DNA of 64,000 bases from Eledone cirrhosa (taxonomy: Eukaryota), in the NCBI GenBank assembly GCA_964016885.1, contig OZ024744.1, positions 19,778,001-19,842,000 of the forward strand, written 5' to 3'. This document shows, in pieces, positions 1 through 16,194 of this stretch. Under the pieces are notes generated by a model. The model ran no database searches. It saw only the letters and a list, made by a program, of their open reading frames with translations, and was not told the DNA's origin. Numbering within the stretch: the first letter of the stretch is position 1; each line of letters opens with the position of its first letter. The position numbers and the translations under genes are program-made.

Positions 1-112
1 CTATGACTTATTAAAATAATATAAACAACTCACTATCCAGATGGGTCCCAAAAATAATGGTTGCATTTTAAAAGGGTACGTCAAAGCTTATTTGTAAAAC
101 TGTTATATATTG

Positions 113-177
113 TATTTTGTCTGATGAAGGCATACCATAATTTAATTTGGCATCCCTGAAATATGTATCATGAAATA
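113..177 (+). ncRNA. Minimal type I hammerhead ribozyme (PLE pLTR type)
   Basis: CTGATGA 121-127, imperfect stem II aggcatacca/tggcatccct, GAAA 158-161, near-palindromic tatgta, ATC cleavage triplet ending at 169, stem I tattttgt/atgaaata. Confidence 0.7.
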
Positions 178-209
178 AATATGGTTTTATAAATATAGTT
201 TCCATTTAT

Positions 210-393
<184 letters not shown>

Positions 394-599
394 GGGCTTA
401 TGCCTGAAACGTCGTCCTCCACCTACCCCCCACTCTCCTGAGCGTGAAGCTAATAAACATTTGTCGTACTGCCTCTCTGTTCTGTCCCTGTTCAATTTTT
501 TATTATATATATATATATATATACGTTACACGTTCAAGTTTTCCTTGTATCGTGTCAGGAAAACTTGAACCGGTAAGGTATCTTTCCTTCGTTATGTTA

Positions 600-770
600 A
601 CATTTATGAAACACATTTTGTATTTTATGTGATGAAAGCGTACCATAGTTTTGGTACACTTGAAATATATATAATAGAAAAAATATGGTTTTAGAAATAT
701 AGTTTCCATTTATTTAATATCATTGAATATTATACACCAGAAAAATCTGTCGAGTGCTCTGAATCAGTTA
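600..770 (+). mobile_element. PLE pLTR end with degenerate HHR (GTGATGA...GAAA) and bulged-hairpin tail; related to the copies at 121 and 41643
   Basis: gtgatga 629-635, stem aagcgtacca/tggtacactt, GAAA 662-665; downstream sequence similar to 175-210; hairpin at 734-758. Confidence 0.6.
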
Positions 771-774
771 TAGT

Positions 775-992
775 CAGAAAGAACTTTGTTAGACTATATA
801 TATGTGTTTGTGTCTATATTATATCTGTATTTTTTACCGTTGGTCAGTCAATGGTACACATTGAGGACCGAATAAATTAAGTTAACTGATATAAAAGATA
901 CAGAAGCGAAAACCAACCAAAGAGTGAGTGTGTTCTCTTATTAATTGTGGCAATATTATTACAACATTATGACCCTTCCCAAGTATAACCAT
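775..992 (+). repeat. Dispersed repeat family D fragment (probable PLE pLTR)
   Basis: Matches 19000-19200 and the reverse complement of 21960-22170; ends atgaccct(t/c)cccaagtataac before (TA)n. Confidence 0.7.
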
Positions 993-1000
993 ATATGTAT

Positions 1001-1123
<123 letters not shown>

Positions 1124-1125
1124 TA

Positions 1126-1497
1126 AATGTAGGAGGTGAGTTTTATTGTAGTACAATAAAGCAATGCAGATATCGGATAAGAAGCACTCTACAGTTTGTG
1201 GGACTGGAGTATGCATAATATAAGATCAAAAGATGGTTAAAGGAGTTCAATATATTTTATTATGCGCATTTCAAAAACAAACATCATCAAACAATAATAT
1301 TTGTGTTTTCATCAGATAAAACACTTGTTGATATGTTGATTTAAAACTGCACTATCAACAAGTGTTTTTTTAGCCTTCATATCATGTTCTCCTGTTTTAT
1401 CTGATGAAAACACAAATATTATTGTTTGATGATGTTTGTTTTTGAAATGCGCATAATAAAATATATTGAACTCCTTTAACCATCTTTTGATCTTATA
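1126..1497 (-). mobile_element. Fold-back PLE pLTR insertion, family A, with an HHR on each strand
   Basis: About 1221-1323 is the reverse complement of about 1393-1495; unique tail 1126-1220; flanked by (TA)n; near-identical to 5414-5834. Confidence 0.85.
1393..1463 (+). ncRNA. Minimal type I HHR, family A
   Basis: tgttttat CTGATGA (1401-1407) stem II GAAA (1444-1447) tgcgca TA ataaaata; palindromic stem III; mirror copy on the minus strand at about 1254-1323. Confidence 0.85.
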
Positions 1498-1711
1498 TTA
1501 TATATACATATATATATATATGCATATATATATATATATATGCATATGTACGTACATACATATATGAAGGTATATACATTTATGTGTACACATGAATTTA
1601 TGTTCTAATCCTGTATATTTGTGTTCATGTGTTTCGGCATCTATAGGTTCAAGTGTATGTACATGTATATATGTAAGTATATATGTATGTATATAATATA
1701 TATATATATAT

Positions 1712-1905
1712 AGGAAAAAGTATAACCCCTACTGCAGAGCTCAAGCCGTTTCGACGGCTATTTCTGGGCGTCCAGAAATAGCCGTCGAAACAGCTTGAGC
1801 TCTGCAGTCGGGGTGATACTTTTTCCTATTTCCCACTCTACTACACTAAGTATTGAGTACTCTGATGCGTTATGGTCCATCTGGTTCCTTACCACAATTC
1901 CTTTG

Positions 1906-1907
<2 letters not shown>
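1712..1907 (+). mobile_element. Short fold-back PLE 3' end, family B
   Basis: Palindrome centred near 1769, then an approximately 80-nt tail ending ccttaccacaattcctttgt(TA)n; same terminus as the coding PLE at 42762-45724. Confidence 0.8.
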
Positions 1908-1986
<79 letters not shown>

Positions 1987-2029
1987 TATGTGTGTGCGTG
2001 TATATTTATATATATATATACATATATAT

Positions 2030-2189
2030 AACGATGGAATTGTGGTAAGGAACCAGATGGACCATAACGCACCAACGTACTCAGTACTTAGGGTAGTAGA
2101 GTGGGTAATAGAAACAAGTATGACCCCGACGGCAGAGCTCAAGCCGTTTCGACGGCTATTTCTGGACCAGAAATAGCCGTCGAAACGGA
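2030..2189 (-). mobile_element. Family B PLE 3' end (inverted orientation)
   Basis: Reverse complement of about 1750-1907, including the gacggctatttctgg/ccagaaatagccgtc hairpin. Confidence 0.8.
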
Positions 2190-2561
2190 TAAGATAAGAT
2201 AAGCAGCGCTCCTTTGCTTAAACTTTAATCTGTTATTTTAATAAATATAAATATATATATGTATATATATATATATATGTATGTATGTATATATATTTAT
2301 ATACATATATAATATACATACATAAATATGTATATATATTATAATATATATATATATTGGGTCATCAAGTATGAAATTTGTAGAAATTTATAGAAATAAA
2401 AAACAAATTCAACAAATTTCATACTTGACGACCCAATATGTCTGTACGTATATACACGCATGTTCTTGTATATATATATTATATGTGTGTATATATACAT
2501 ATATATATGTGTGTGTGTTTTTTTATATTTAATATATATATATATATATACCATTATTTGT

Positions 2562-2745
2562 ATGGCAGTATCGGTAGGGGGTCGGACGACATGCTTTGAC
2601 GCATAGAGTTACGGCCCTTGCCATTCTGAGTTCAAATCCTGCCGAGGTTAACTTTGCCTTTCATCCTTATGGGGTCGATAAAATAAAGTACCAGTAATAC
2701 ACTGGGTATTTGCTGGCCTTGTGCCAAAAGTAGAAACAATTATTT
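2562..2745 (+). mobile_element. tRNA-derived SINE (octopus-type)
   Basis: A-box-like tggcagtatcgg, B-box gagttcaaatcc, core gccgaggttaactttgcctttcatcc..ggggtcgataaaat, tail agaaacaattatt; multiple copies in the window. Confidence 0.85.
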
Positions 2746-2900
2746 GTATATAAGTATGTTTTCATGGTTGTATTTCGTCTAACGTGTTTGTGTTTTGATC
2801 AACCCTGCACTGCTGTGACCCACACTGAGCTTTTATACAATAATTTCACTCCCCTTCTTCGCCTCCTCCTTCTTCTTCTCCTCCTCCTCCTTCCTCCCCA

Positions 2901-2942
<42 letters not shown>

Positions 2943-3044
2943 GTATCATCATCATCTTCATTATCATCTACTTCGTTCATAATTTTATGTATGCATATAT
3001 TAGTAATACGTAACAAATATGTGAAATAAGCGCAAGACAAACAT

Positions 3045-3860
<816 letters not shown>

Positions 3861-3867
3861 ATATACA

Positions 3868-4115
3868 AATAAATAGTAATAATAATAAAATTGAAGACTA
3901 AAATCCAAAGAGGGCTCGATAAGGAAAATATATATCAAATATATAAGAACCGAAGAGCAAATATTTATTAATATAACAGATTAAAGTTTAAGCAAAGAAT
4001 CGCTGCTTTCACCCTTAACGGGATCTTCTGAAACTAACAAAGTCAATCTGTAAACGCAGAACTGGATATTTCAAAAAACGTTGCAACCGGAGGAAGACAG
4101 GAAGACGATACTTTG
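3868..4115 (-). mobile_element. pLTR 3' portion of the same family as the near-complete PLE at 53538-57105, with variant HHR
   Basis: Reverse complement of about 56855-57100, including cagaagatcccgttaagggtgaaagcagcg. Confidence 0.85.
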
Positions 4116-4720
4116 GTAATATTAATAAATATACAAATATATATATATATATGAAAAGTGTAATTTACTACACAAAACGAAGGTTATAGAGAAAATTGAG
4201 GTTGGTAATGGCACATGGAATATATAAGAGACAGAATACTTTTTTGTGAAAAAACATATAATTTTATAAGGTAAGGAAATAATAAAGGGTATACAAAATG
4301 ACCGGTTTCGATGGGTCTGCAAAAGCCATGTTTTCAAATGTTGATTAATATTAAGAAAAAGTAATAATAAGAAGAGTTAAAATTTGAGATTTGAAAATTC
4401 AAGTATAAAATTCATTGTGGGATTTCACAGTAGTTTTCATCTTGGTAGCAGCTCGTTTAGCAGCTCGTTGACTGCTGGTTGCCTTTCTGGTAGTGAATGA
4501 GAAGTTATTTGGGGGTGTGGGTTATTTTATAAAGGTCAAATTTAGCAATGGCCAGATGGCCAGCTGCTGGTCAGTGAGGGGGTGGAAGCAATATACATAC
4601 ATATATCTTCCTGTGGTAGGTAGGAGAGGGGAGATTAATAGAAAGGGATTTAGTGCACTTACACCTAAATATACACACTTACCTTCATCCACACATACAT
4701 ACATATACATATACATACAC

Positions 4721-4756
<36 letters not shown>

Positions 4757-4900
4757 CCATACATATACACACGTACATACACACGCACATACATATATAT
4801 ACACACACACATATATGCACATACACACACATATATATATATACACACACACACACATATATATACATACACATACATCCAGATACACACATACATACAT

Positions 4901-4932
<32 letters not shown>

Positions 4933-5098
4933 GTGTACATACACATATATACACACATATACATACGCATATATATACACCCCCACCCCCACACATACAT
5001 ACATACACACACATATATATATACATACACACATACAAACACACACACACACACACATATATATACACACACACACACACACACGCACACACATATAC

Positions 5099-5190
<92 letters not shown>

Positions 5191-5315
5191 TTGTATATAT
5201 ATATATATATATATACACCTATATATATATGTACGAATATATATATATAGGTAAATATATATATATATACCTATATGTATATATATATATATAGGTATAT
5301 ATATATATATATATA

Positions 5316-5907
<592 letters not shown>

Positions 5908-5993
5908 AGGTATATATAAATATATATATATATACGAATATATATATATAGGTAAATATATATATACATATACCTATATGTATATATATATAT

Positions 5994-7520
<1,527 letters not shown>

Positions 7521-8181
7521 GAGCATTTCACAACTAACGACGCACGCACATACGCACGCACACACACACACTCATACACACGCACACATATATATATATA
7601 TGTATATATATATATGCACGCATACAGAAACATAATCACAACACAACCACAAATTTCTCTCTCTATATATGTATATACATATGTATTTATGGATGTGTAT
7701 AGTTGTGGCTGTATGCGTATTTGTGTGTGTGTGTGTATGTATGTATGTTTATAACATACTATCCGATATTTACTCAATATCTATGTTTATATACCACACG
7801 TGTATGCCACAGTGCCACACGTTAAATTTGAATTGTACTTATCTACCCCCCCAAACACACACTCTCCTCCCGTCTCTCTCTCTCCCTCTCTTTCCCTTGC
7901 TGTCTCCTTTGTAATCTGCATACGTTATATATATGTATGTACGTATGTATGTATCTATGTATGTAAGTATATATATATATAAATCTATATATATAAGTAT
8001 AAGGGATATTCCCTTTATTTAATATCATTGTATATATATATATATACATATATATATATAGTTATGTGCATATATGTTTGTATGTTTGTATATATATATG
8101 TATGTATGTATATATGTATATGTATATATATATGTATATATATATACATTTATATATGTATACTTATATATATATGCATGA

Positions 8182-8252
<71 letters not shown>

Positions 8253-8542
8253 TAGCAAGATTCTTTATCTGAAATCGTGTGTTGAAACCGATATATATAT
8301 ATATATGCATGTATATTTGTATGCATGTATGTAAGCATGTATATATGTATGTTATAGACAATATGTTTCAGAAGTATTGAAGAATACAATGAAGAGATAT
8401 AAACAGAAGTTCAATTCCTCCACACCCTGCTATAAAATAATGTTAGAGAAAATAGGTGTGTCCAAAGTGACTGTACACACACGCACACATTTATACATAC
8501 ATATTTATACATAGATACATACATATTTATACATACATACAT

Positions 8543-8573
<31 letters not shown>

Positions 8574-8812
8574 CATATATACACACATACACACACATAC
8601 ACATATATATATATATATATATATTTCGTTTCTGAATTTATATTATTATAAATGTATATTATTGGCAACATGACCCTCCCAAAGTATAACAATATATATA
8701 TATATATATTTATATATTTATACACACATGCATTCATTATATATGCATATATATATATATCATATATATACAGACATATAAGTATTTAAATATATGCATA
8801 CACACACATGTG

Positions 8813-8846
<34 letters not shown>

Positions 8847-9271
8847 CATATATACATATATATATTTATATATATTTGTATTGTGTACGTATGTATGTAT
8901 GTGTGTCTGTCTGAGGGTTTTATTCGTTATATCAGTATCTCATAGGAGCGACAGTAGTATCATATAGGGTGGGGGTAAATACAGGGAAGAATTACAAGAC
9001 ACTGTAATATTACTCCCCCTCCAACACACATCTTTTTTCAAAAGACAACGTTCAGAAGTTTCAATTTTTCAATGACATTCCATTGACAGTTAAAACCCCC
9101 CATCCTACAGCCACTGTGTCTACAAAATGGGCCACGCCTTATCTTCACACATATTCCATGCTTTTATAGAGTGTGGATGCATGTGTATCCGGCGATCGGG
9201 GTTCGCTACCCGCCCACATTGTCCGCCTAGCTTCATTATTTCTTATACCTCTATGTATTTTCAATTGCCCT

Positions 9272-9320
<49 letters not shown>

Positions 9321-9616
9321 TTTCCTTCACCTCCTTTGTCCCTCTCCTCTCTCTTTTTTTTCTCTCTCTCTCTTTTCTTTCTCTCTTTCTTTCTCTCCTT
9401 CTCTCTCCCTTTTCTTCCTCTTCATTCACCTCATTTGTCTCGCCGTCTCTATCCCTCTCTCTATCTTTATCAGGTACACACACATATATTGGTATATGCA
9501 TATACATATATGTCTGTGTGTGTGTATATATATATATATATATAAAAATATATATATATATATATGTCTATCCACACAGAGACACACACACACACATATA
9601 TATATATATATTATAC

Positions 9617-9653
<37 letters not shown>

Positions 9654-9730
9654 CTTAAGCTCACAGATACTTCCACATTACCCCCCCCCCCGAAAAAAAA
9701 GAAAAATGTTTTATACATCAATCACACTGC

Positions 9731-9783
<53 letters not shown>

Positions 9784-9946
9784 ATGTGTGGATAGATACG
9801 AACAGAAAATATATTATTCAATAATTTGACTCGACACTATCAGTTTCAATAAGTGCACAAATATACATGGGCCTTTCTCTTTCTTTCTCTCTCTCACTCT
9901 CACTCTCGCCCCCTCTCTCTCTGTCTATCTATCTATCTATCTATCT

Positions 9947-9971
9947 TGCGCCCTTGTGGCAAATAAAGAAA
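9947..9971 (+). mobile_element. Extremely 5'-truncated 3' tip of the Tx1-like LINE inside (TATC)n
   Basis: gcccttgtggcaaataaagaaa matches the element 3' end gccctggtggcaaataaaagaaa at 14506-14528. Confidence 0.6.
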
Positions 9972-10001
9972 TCTATCTATCTGTCTATCTATCTATCTAT
10001 C

Positions 10002-10880
10002 AATTTAGACGAGGACAACCTTATTTCAATAGGGAAGGCATCCGGCGACGCGTTCAGTGGAACGAGCATCGAAGTTCTGACGCAAATAAGGCCAGAACGC
10101 ATCGCCCAAATCCCTGAGCGCGTCATGCTGGATGACCGTACCCACCTCAACATTATTGTGGAGAGTAGGCGTCCCTCCTGTTATCTCTGTGGCAATAGAG
10201 GTCACCTGAGGGCTGCCTGTCCCCAGCTCACACAGAAAAAAACACTGCTACCAACACCAACACCGCCCCAACAACAACAACAAAAACTACCACAACAACA
10301 ACAACAAAAACCAACAACCCCACCACCACCACAACAACAACAACAAACACGTGAAAAAATAACACAGAATACCGTCCCACCCAATCCCTCCCCACCCAAA
10401 ACAAATACAAAAACACACACACCGCAAACACTACCAGAAAACAAGGAAGACGAACCCCTTTCGTCGCAAGACGAAAAAGATCCCTTCCAACAAGTAAAAA
10501 GAAAGAAGAGGAGACGCACCACAGACACACATGTTAACTTTACCCCCCCCCCCCCCCAGAGAACACAAACTACACACAAACCACCCCTCCCTGTCACACA
10601 ACACTATCTGCTACGCAAAAAAAGACCTTGCAATATACATACATGAACACAGACAACAAAGAATTACGGAAAACAATTTCAGCAAACCCTTCGGTCCAAA
10701 CCGAAGGGCCTAACTTTAAAACTGCTGTGGGACTACCTCATTTAAAAATGATAAAAGTCCCAATGCACTTGTACAAAACACTGAAAATAAATTTCACGGA
10801 GGACGTGGGCCCCCCCTGCGCCAAACTAATCAACCGCGTCCCCCCAAAAAAATGCGCGTCGACTGGGCTCGTCTTGGAAG
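10002..10880 (+). pseudogene. Tx1-like ORF1 C-terminal part (zinc knuckle), frameshifted
   Basis: IIVESRRPSCYLCGNRGHLRAACP and a Pro/Gln/Thr-rich linker in ORF 9867-10646; continues in 10628-10900. Confidence 0.8.
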
Positions 10881-13800
10881 CAAGCAATGCTTCTAAATGA
10901 CCTCAGGTCACAATCTATAAATGTGATAGTTATCTGCGAGGTCCGGATCAGCAGCATGCGACAGCTAGCCCCCACCTTTGACGACTTTGAGATGCACGCA
11001 TCTCTCTGTCAGCCCGGAGGTGGGGGTGGGGTTGTCGTTCTGCTGCAAAAACATCTGGGCCTTGAAACATAGATAGTTCACTTGGACCCAGGGGGTCGAC
11101 TGGTGGTGCTGGACCTTGGCAGTGGTGAAGGTAGAGCCTTTAGGCTGGTAGCCGCATATGCCCCTTTTGGGACTGAGCGGCCCGACATTTTCCAGCGTCT
11201 GGAGTCTTTTTTAGGGACGTCCCGTTCCCTGCTTTTAGTGGGGGATTGGAATGGTATCCTGGATGCACGTTGGGACTATGCAGGGGCATGTCCCGATAGA
11301 GAGGGGTGCAACAGCCTCAAGGGGTTACTCGGCCGATTTGACCTGGCCGATAGATTTCGACTAGATTTTCCGACGGTGCCAACCTGGTCTTGGTCAAATC
11401 GCAGCGGATCATCTAGGTCGTACTATAGATAGATTTTTAGTTAGAAATAAGGACAGGGACTTTTTAAGTTGTCCAGAAATGCTCATGGTGGGCTATTCAG
11501 ACCACAAGTTGGTGACCTGCATGGTCAACCTTGATAGAACGCATAGACAGGGCCCCGGTTACTGGAAGCTCAACTTGTCCTTGCCGGCAAATAGAGCCTA
11601 CAGGGATCGGATTAGTACGTTACTTAAGGAACGGTTGAGTGGAGCGATCGTCAACAGCAGGTGGTGGGTATCTCTAAAGAGAGAGATTAGAGTAGTCTCG
11701 ATAGAATTTAGTAAGGTTCTAGCTGCCGATAGGAATAGGAAGGAAAGGGAGCTAATAGATAGAGTAGAAGAGGCTATTAGAAGCGGCGACGTAGCCAGAG
11801 TGCTAGCGTCGAGAACGGCTTTGAGCCAGTTTTTCGACGCGAAGCACGAAGGCTGCGTTGTCCGAAGTAAAATACGTGCTCTAGGGAACGAGGGGACCAA
11901 AGCTGTTAGCTGGGCCCGCGTGACAGAGGCCAACAGTGGAACTAAATCCACCATCCGGTCATTGCGAGACCTGGATGGACGGGCGATTCTTGAGCCTAAG
12001 CAGATGTGTGAGGCCTTTCAAAGGCACTTTGCCCGACTGTTCGGGAGGGGCAGGGAGCCGGTTGGGAACGTGGACTTCGGTCCATACCTCGACGGCCTGC
12101 CGCACCTCTCGGACAGGGAGGCGAAGTCCTGCGAGGAGCCGATTTCGGCCGCTGAGATAGAGGACGTGCTGAGCCAATGCGGCAAACGCAAATCCCCGGG
12201 TCTCGATGGTCTTCCTTACGAATTATATCTAGCTATGCCGGACTTGTTCCCCGATAACCTCGAGGCGGTCTACTGCAACTGGCAACAGAACGGGAGAATT
12301 CCCTGTACTGTGACCAAGGGCGTAGTCACGCTAGTGAGGAAGGACGAGAACAAGGGGGACGAAATAAGTAACTTCAGGCCCATAACTCTGCTAAATACAG
12401 AGTTACAGATTTTGGCCAAGGTGCTAGCAAAGAGGTTGGCGCTTGTCGTGGGCAACCTGGTGGGAGATGCGCAGACATGCGCTATCCCGTCCAGGTCCAT
12501 CCATGACAACCTCCACCTCATGCGATACATCATAGAGAGGGTTGGGAACGAACCCGGCTTTGGTGGGGCTCTGATCAACTTGGATCAATCTAAGGCGTTC
12601 GATAGGGTCGACCATGGTTACCTGGATGCGGTGCTAGCGGCGGCAGGCTTCGGACCCGTTTTCAGGGGCTGGATCACTGCTATGCACAGCAGCCACATCT
12701 GCTCCAGGGTCAAGGTGAACGGCTACCTCTCGGAGCCGTTCAAAATCGCGCGGTCCATCCGACAAGGGAGCCCTCTCTCCTCCCTTCTGTATGTGTTGAC
12801 TCTCGAGCCATTACTGCGGAAGTTGGAGTTGTTGCAGGGCATCCCTTTGGAACCGGGATTGCGGAAAGCGGTGTCTGCCTACGCCGATGACGTGACAGTA
12901 ATGGTGTCGACGGCCTCCGAAATCGGGGTGATCGGCACCTTACTGGAGGAGTACGAAAGGTTCACAGGGGCTAAGCTGAACCGCGACAAGTCGATCGGTT
13001 TGCAACTCGGCACGTGGAGGGGCAGACCGATGCCCTCCGATGGCGTCGTCGGACGCTGGACGGAGGGCCCGGTGAAGTTGCTCGGGGTTTGGTTCGGACC
13101 GGACCTCCAGGTGGAGAAAAACTGGGCGGAGGTTACGAACAGGGTGTTTGCACTTACCCAGAAGTGGGCCAGTTGCAAACTATCCCTGAAAGGTCGGGCG
13201 GAGGTGGCGAATACCTACATAGCGTCCGTCATCTACTACCGCCTGACCGTAGTGCCCTGCCCAAGGGAAACCCTCACCAAGATGGAGCGCGCACTCTTCC
13301 AATTCCTTTGGAAGAGGCGGGCTCCTATGGTGAGGAGATCCATCTGCTGACAAGACCCTTCGAAAGGAGGGCTGGGGATGCCGTGGCTAATGATGCGTAA
13401 ACACGCATTAAGGCTACGGCACCTCTACGTATTCCTCACCGGTCAACCGGTGTGGGCCTCGTTTGTGAGACGAACCTTTCCCAGACTCGTCTCACTCACC
13501 GAGCTGCAATCCTGGGTCAAGCAAAGACCGAGAAAACTGGGCGCCTGGCACATTGAGTGTGCCCAGGCGCTCACCGCCCTCTGGCAGGCGGACCCGGTTA
13601 TCAGTGGCGACTCCACCGCAACATTCTATAGAGGGCTGGTACGCAGCAGGTGCGACGACGCCCTCGGAGAAGCCCTAGACATGGAGGAGGACGAACTGGC
13701 CAGCCTGTTCGGTAGGACATTCAGCCCGGGACCTATGGACAACTTCCAGAAGTCCCTGGCCTGGCAGTGCTTCCGAGGGGCTTTACCCGTTCGAGAAAGG

Positions 13801-14266
13801 CTCTACAGACACGGGCGCCCGGGTAGGGACCCCGCCAAAAAGATCTGTCCCAGATGCGTGTGCGACGAGGAAACCGTTGCCCACGCATTGGTACACTGCT
13901 CAGGCGTAGCCGATCTGTGGGGCTATGTCGAACAACTGCTATCAAGGGGGGGGGGGACCGATCCGGTTGACCACCGAGTCTATTGTAATGATCAAGCCGC
14001 CTCCCCCCTTCAAAGATGAAGCAGAGGCGGTGTTTCTGTGCGTAATAGCCATGGCGAAAGAGGTTGTATGGTGGACGCGTCTGAAAGGACTGAGGTCAGG
14101 CACCTTTCTCTCTGGCCAACAACTGGTCCGTTTCTTCCGATATCATTTCGGAAGAAGGATCAGGATGGAGAGAGAGGTGCTCCACCCCAGTCGTTTTTAT
14201 GAAAGGTGGGTGAAAGTGGCGAGAATTGCCCGTGTGAATGGGCCTTCTCTTTACATAAGCATGTAG
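10840..14266 (+). pseudogene. Tx1-like ORF2 (APE endonuclease + reverse transcriptase), disrupted by a few stops/frameshifts
   Basis: VICE, AYAP, VGDWN, SDH (EN); KSPGLDG, FRPITLLN, LDQSKAFDRVDH, IRQGSPLS, AYADD (RT); CPRC..ETVAHALVHC; split over ORFs 10887, 11082, 11479, 13378, 13925. Confidence 0.92.
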
Positions 14267-14751
14267 GTGGAAAAGAGGAAGGAACGAGGGAGCACCCAAT
14301 CTCTGTGCTCCTGAGGAGAAGGGTTGCACACTTTTTTCGGGGGTGTGTGCGACCCTCCAAGTCGCCTCCTCTCTATTGAGGATTTTGTTATAAATTTTAT
14401 TTTTTGTTATATCTTATTTTATTTTTATATCTTGTTATTGCCTCCTCCTTATTGAGGACGCCTTTTTGTGTAAACTCCCCCCTTTGTACTTGTCCCACTT
14501 TTGATGCCCTGGTGGCAAATAAAAGAAACATATCTATCTATCTATCTATTTATCTGTCTGTAATCTATCTATTTATTTATCTTATCTGTAATAAAGAAAG
14601 ATATCTATTTGTCTGTCTGTCCTTTTCTGTCTGTCTATATTTTGACTGAGATCAAGTTATACACACAAACACACCCACATACATACATACGTATACACAC
14701 ACACACATGTTCGATCTACCGAATTATTATTATTTTTATATGAGCCGCCAG

Positions 14752-14935
14752 TGTCCGCGCATTGCCTGGAGACTTAACTGAGAATAGACTTCCTGATGAC
14801 GCAATGAATTCTCGACAGTTGGATTACGTAACTGTCTTTATCCCATTGCAGAAACTAATTAGTTGGAGTGAAAATTTAAGTAAGAAAAAAATTTTTTTTT
14901 AATTTTTTTAAAAAAATATTTTCTTATTTTACGTC

Positions 14936-14938
<3 letters not shown>
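14752..14938 (+). mobile_element. Family C fragment with intact HHR
   Basis: acttc CTGATGA (14793-14799) cgcaatg..cattgca GAAA (14851-14854) ctaattag TT ggagt; homologous to 32068-32235 and to 48598-48775 (minus). Confidence 0.8.
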
Positions 14939-14969
<31 letters not shown>

Positions 14970-15790
14970 CGTCACCTGCTTCAGCCTGACTTGAGGCAAT
15001 TTTTGTGGCACCACCATTGTTGCTACATTTTCAGCAGTCCTCCTTACTTCCTTGGCAATTGATGTATGTGGGAGTTTGTCAGTACTGCCCATATTTATGC
15101 CCTTTGTCATATTGTGGCCACATCTTGAATCTCAGATTATTTCAAAATTGTGCCCGTAATCTAGGTTTTTAGGACGAGACCTTTCACAATACGCAGTGGC
15201 GTCCTGTCCGGCTCTCAATGTCAAAGTTTGGTGCTAGTCTTTCCAGCATCTTCCATACATATATACTGTATATCACTGTATATTTCTACTGTATTCGCTC
15301 CAATGAGTTACAGTTCTTTCAGCTTCTCACAGTAACCCATCTCTTTCACTGAGGCAATATTTTGGATGTAGCGTCGTTGAATTGCTTCAGGCTCTGCCGT
15401 TGATTTGATATTATGAGGGTGACCACAACTGGGAGCAATAGTCCAGTCGGTTGAAGACAAATGTCTTCCAGAGGACAAGAATAGCTTCTCGATTCTTGTC
15501 CTGAAAGATCTCAGAATCTAACGAACCCTTTGTCTGCACGTCACCTCTATATTTGTTATATGCGCATAAAACAAGACATCTTTGCTTATATCCCAGGCCT
15601 CACACCCATTCTAATATAGGAATTTCGACTCCTGGACCAGAGTAACTTTTGTTGTAGTGCGTCGACAGTGGATGGCTTGACATTTTCCAGCCCATAATGT
15701 GCATATTGTTGTATTCAGCCCATTCGTCTATGGTATCCAAGTTTCGTTGTAAGTTAGTATCATTAGTCGGATTCTTGACAGATTGTGCTT
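14970..15790 (-). pseudogene. CR1-group LINE RT C-terminal fragment
   Basis: Minus strand reads RLDYCSQLWSP and ..QRRYIQNIASV..YVWKMLE-like motifs, with stops. Confidence 0.7.
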
Positions 15791-16194
15791 CATTCGTGTC
15801 TATATCTATATCTACATATAATATAAATTATTGGCACTTTCATCTTCCTTTTGAGAAACGTGAACAACCTGCGTCTATGCAAATGACGCTTTACTGTCAG
15901 GTGGAAGTTGAACTATCTCCTAGAGGAGAGCTTGTCGTGACAAAATCAAACATGTCTTGTCTCTAAAACAGCTCAAGATAGAATTCAGAGAATAAATCGT
16001 GCCTTAATCATTATAAGAAAGTTAATGAAATATATACATACACAGTTAAGCGTCCATTAAGATATATAAAAACTAGAGACAATCTACACTGAATGTAAGA
16101 TTACATAATTCGTAGAGTATCTTATTAAATTTAATAAAAAATTAAAACAAAATACCTGATAACGATCAATATATTTCGGTGAAATATATCCTCT

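Larger units (their letters stand above)
10001..14529 (+). mobile_element. Tx1/L1-group non-LTR retrotransposon, 5'-truncated, inserted in (TATC)n
   Basis: ORF1 remnant with CCHC knuckle, APE endonuclease, RT, C-terminal CxxC..H..C; 3' end aataaaagaaa followed by (TATC)n; (TATC)n also on the 5' side. Confidence 0.92.

Noticed and set aside
11598-13178. Antisense ORFs over the Tx1 RT (and 55049-55435 over the PLE RT)
   Set aside because: Shadow frames of coding sequence with no recognisable motifs.
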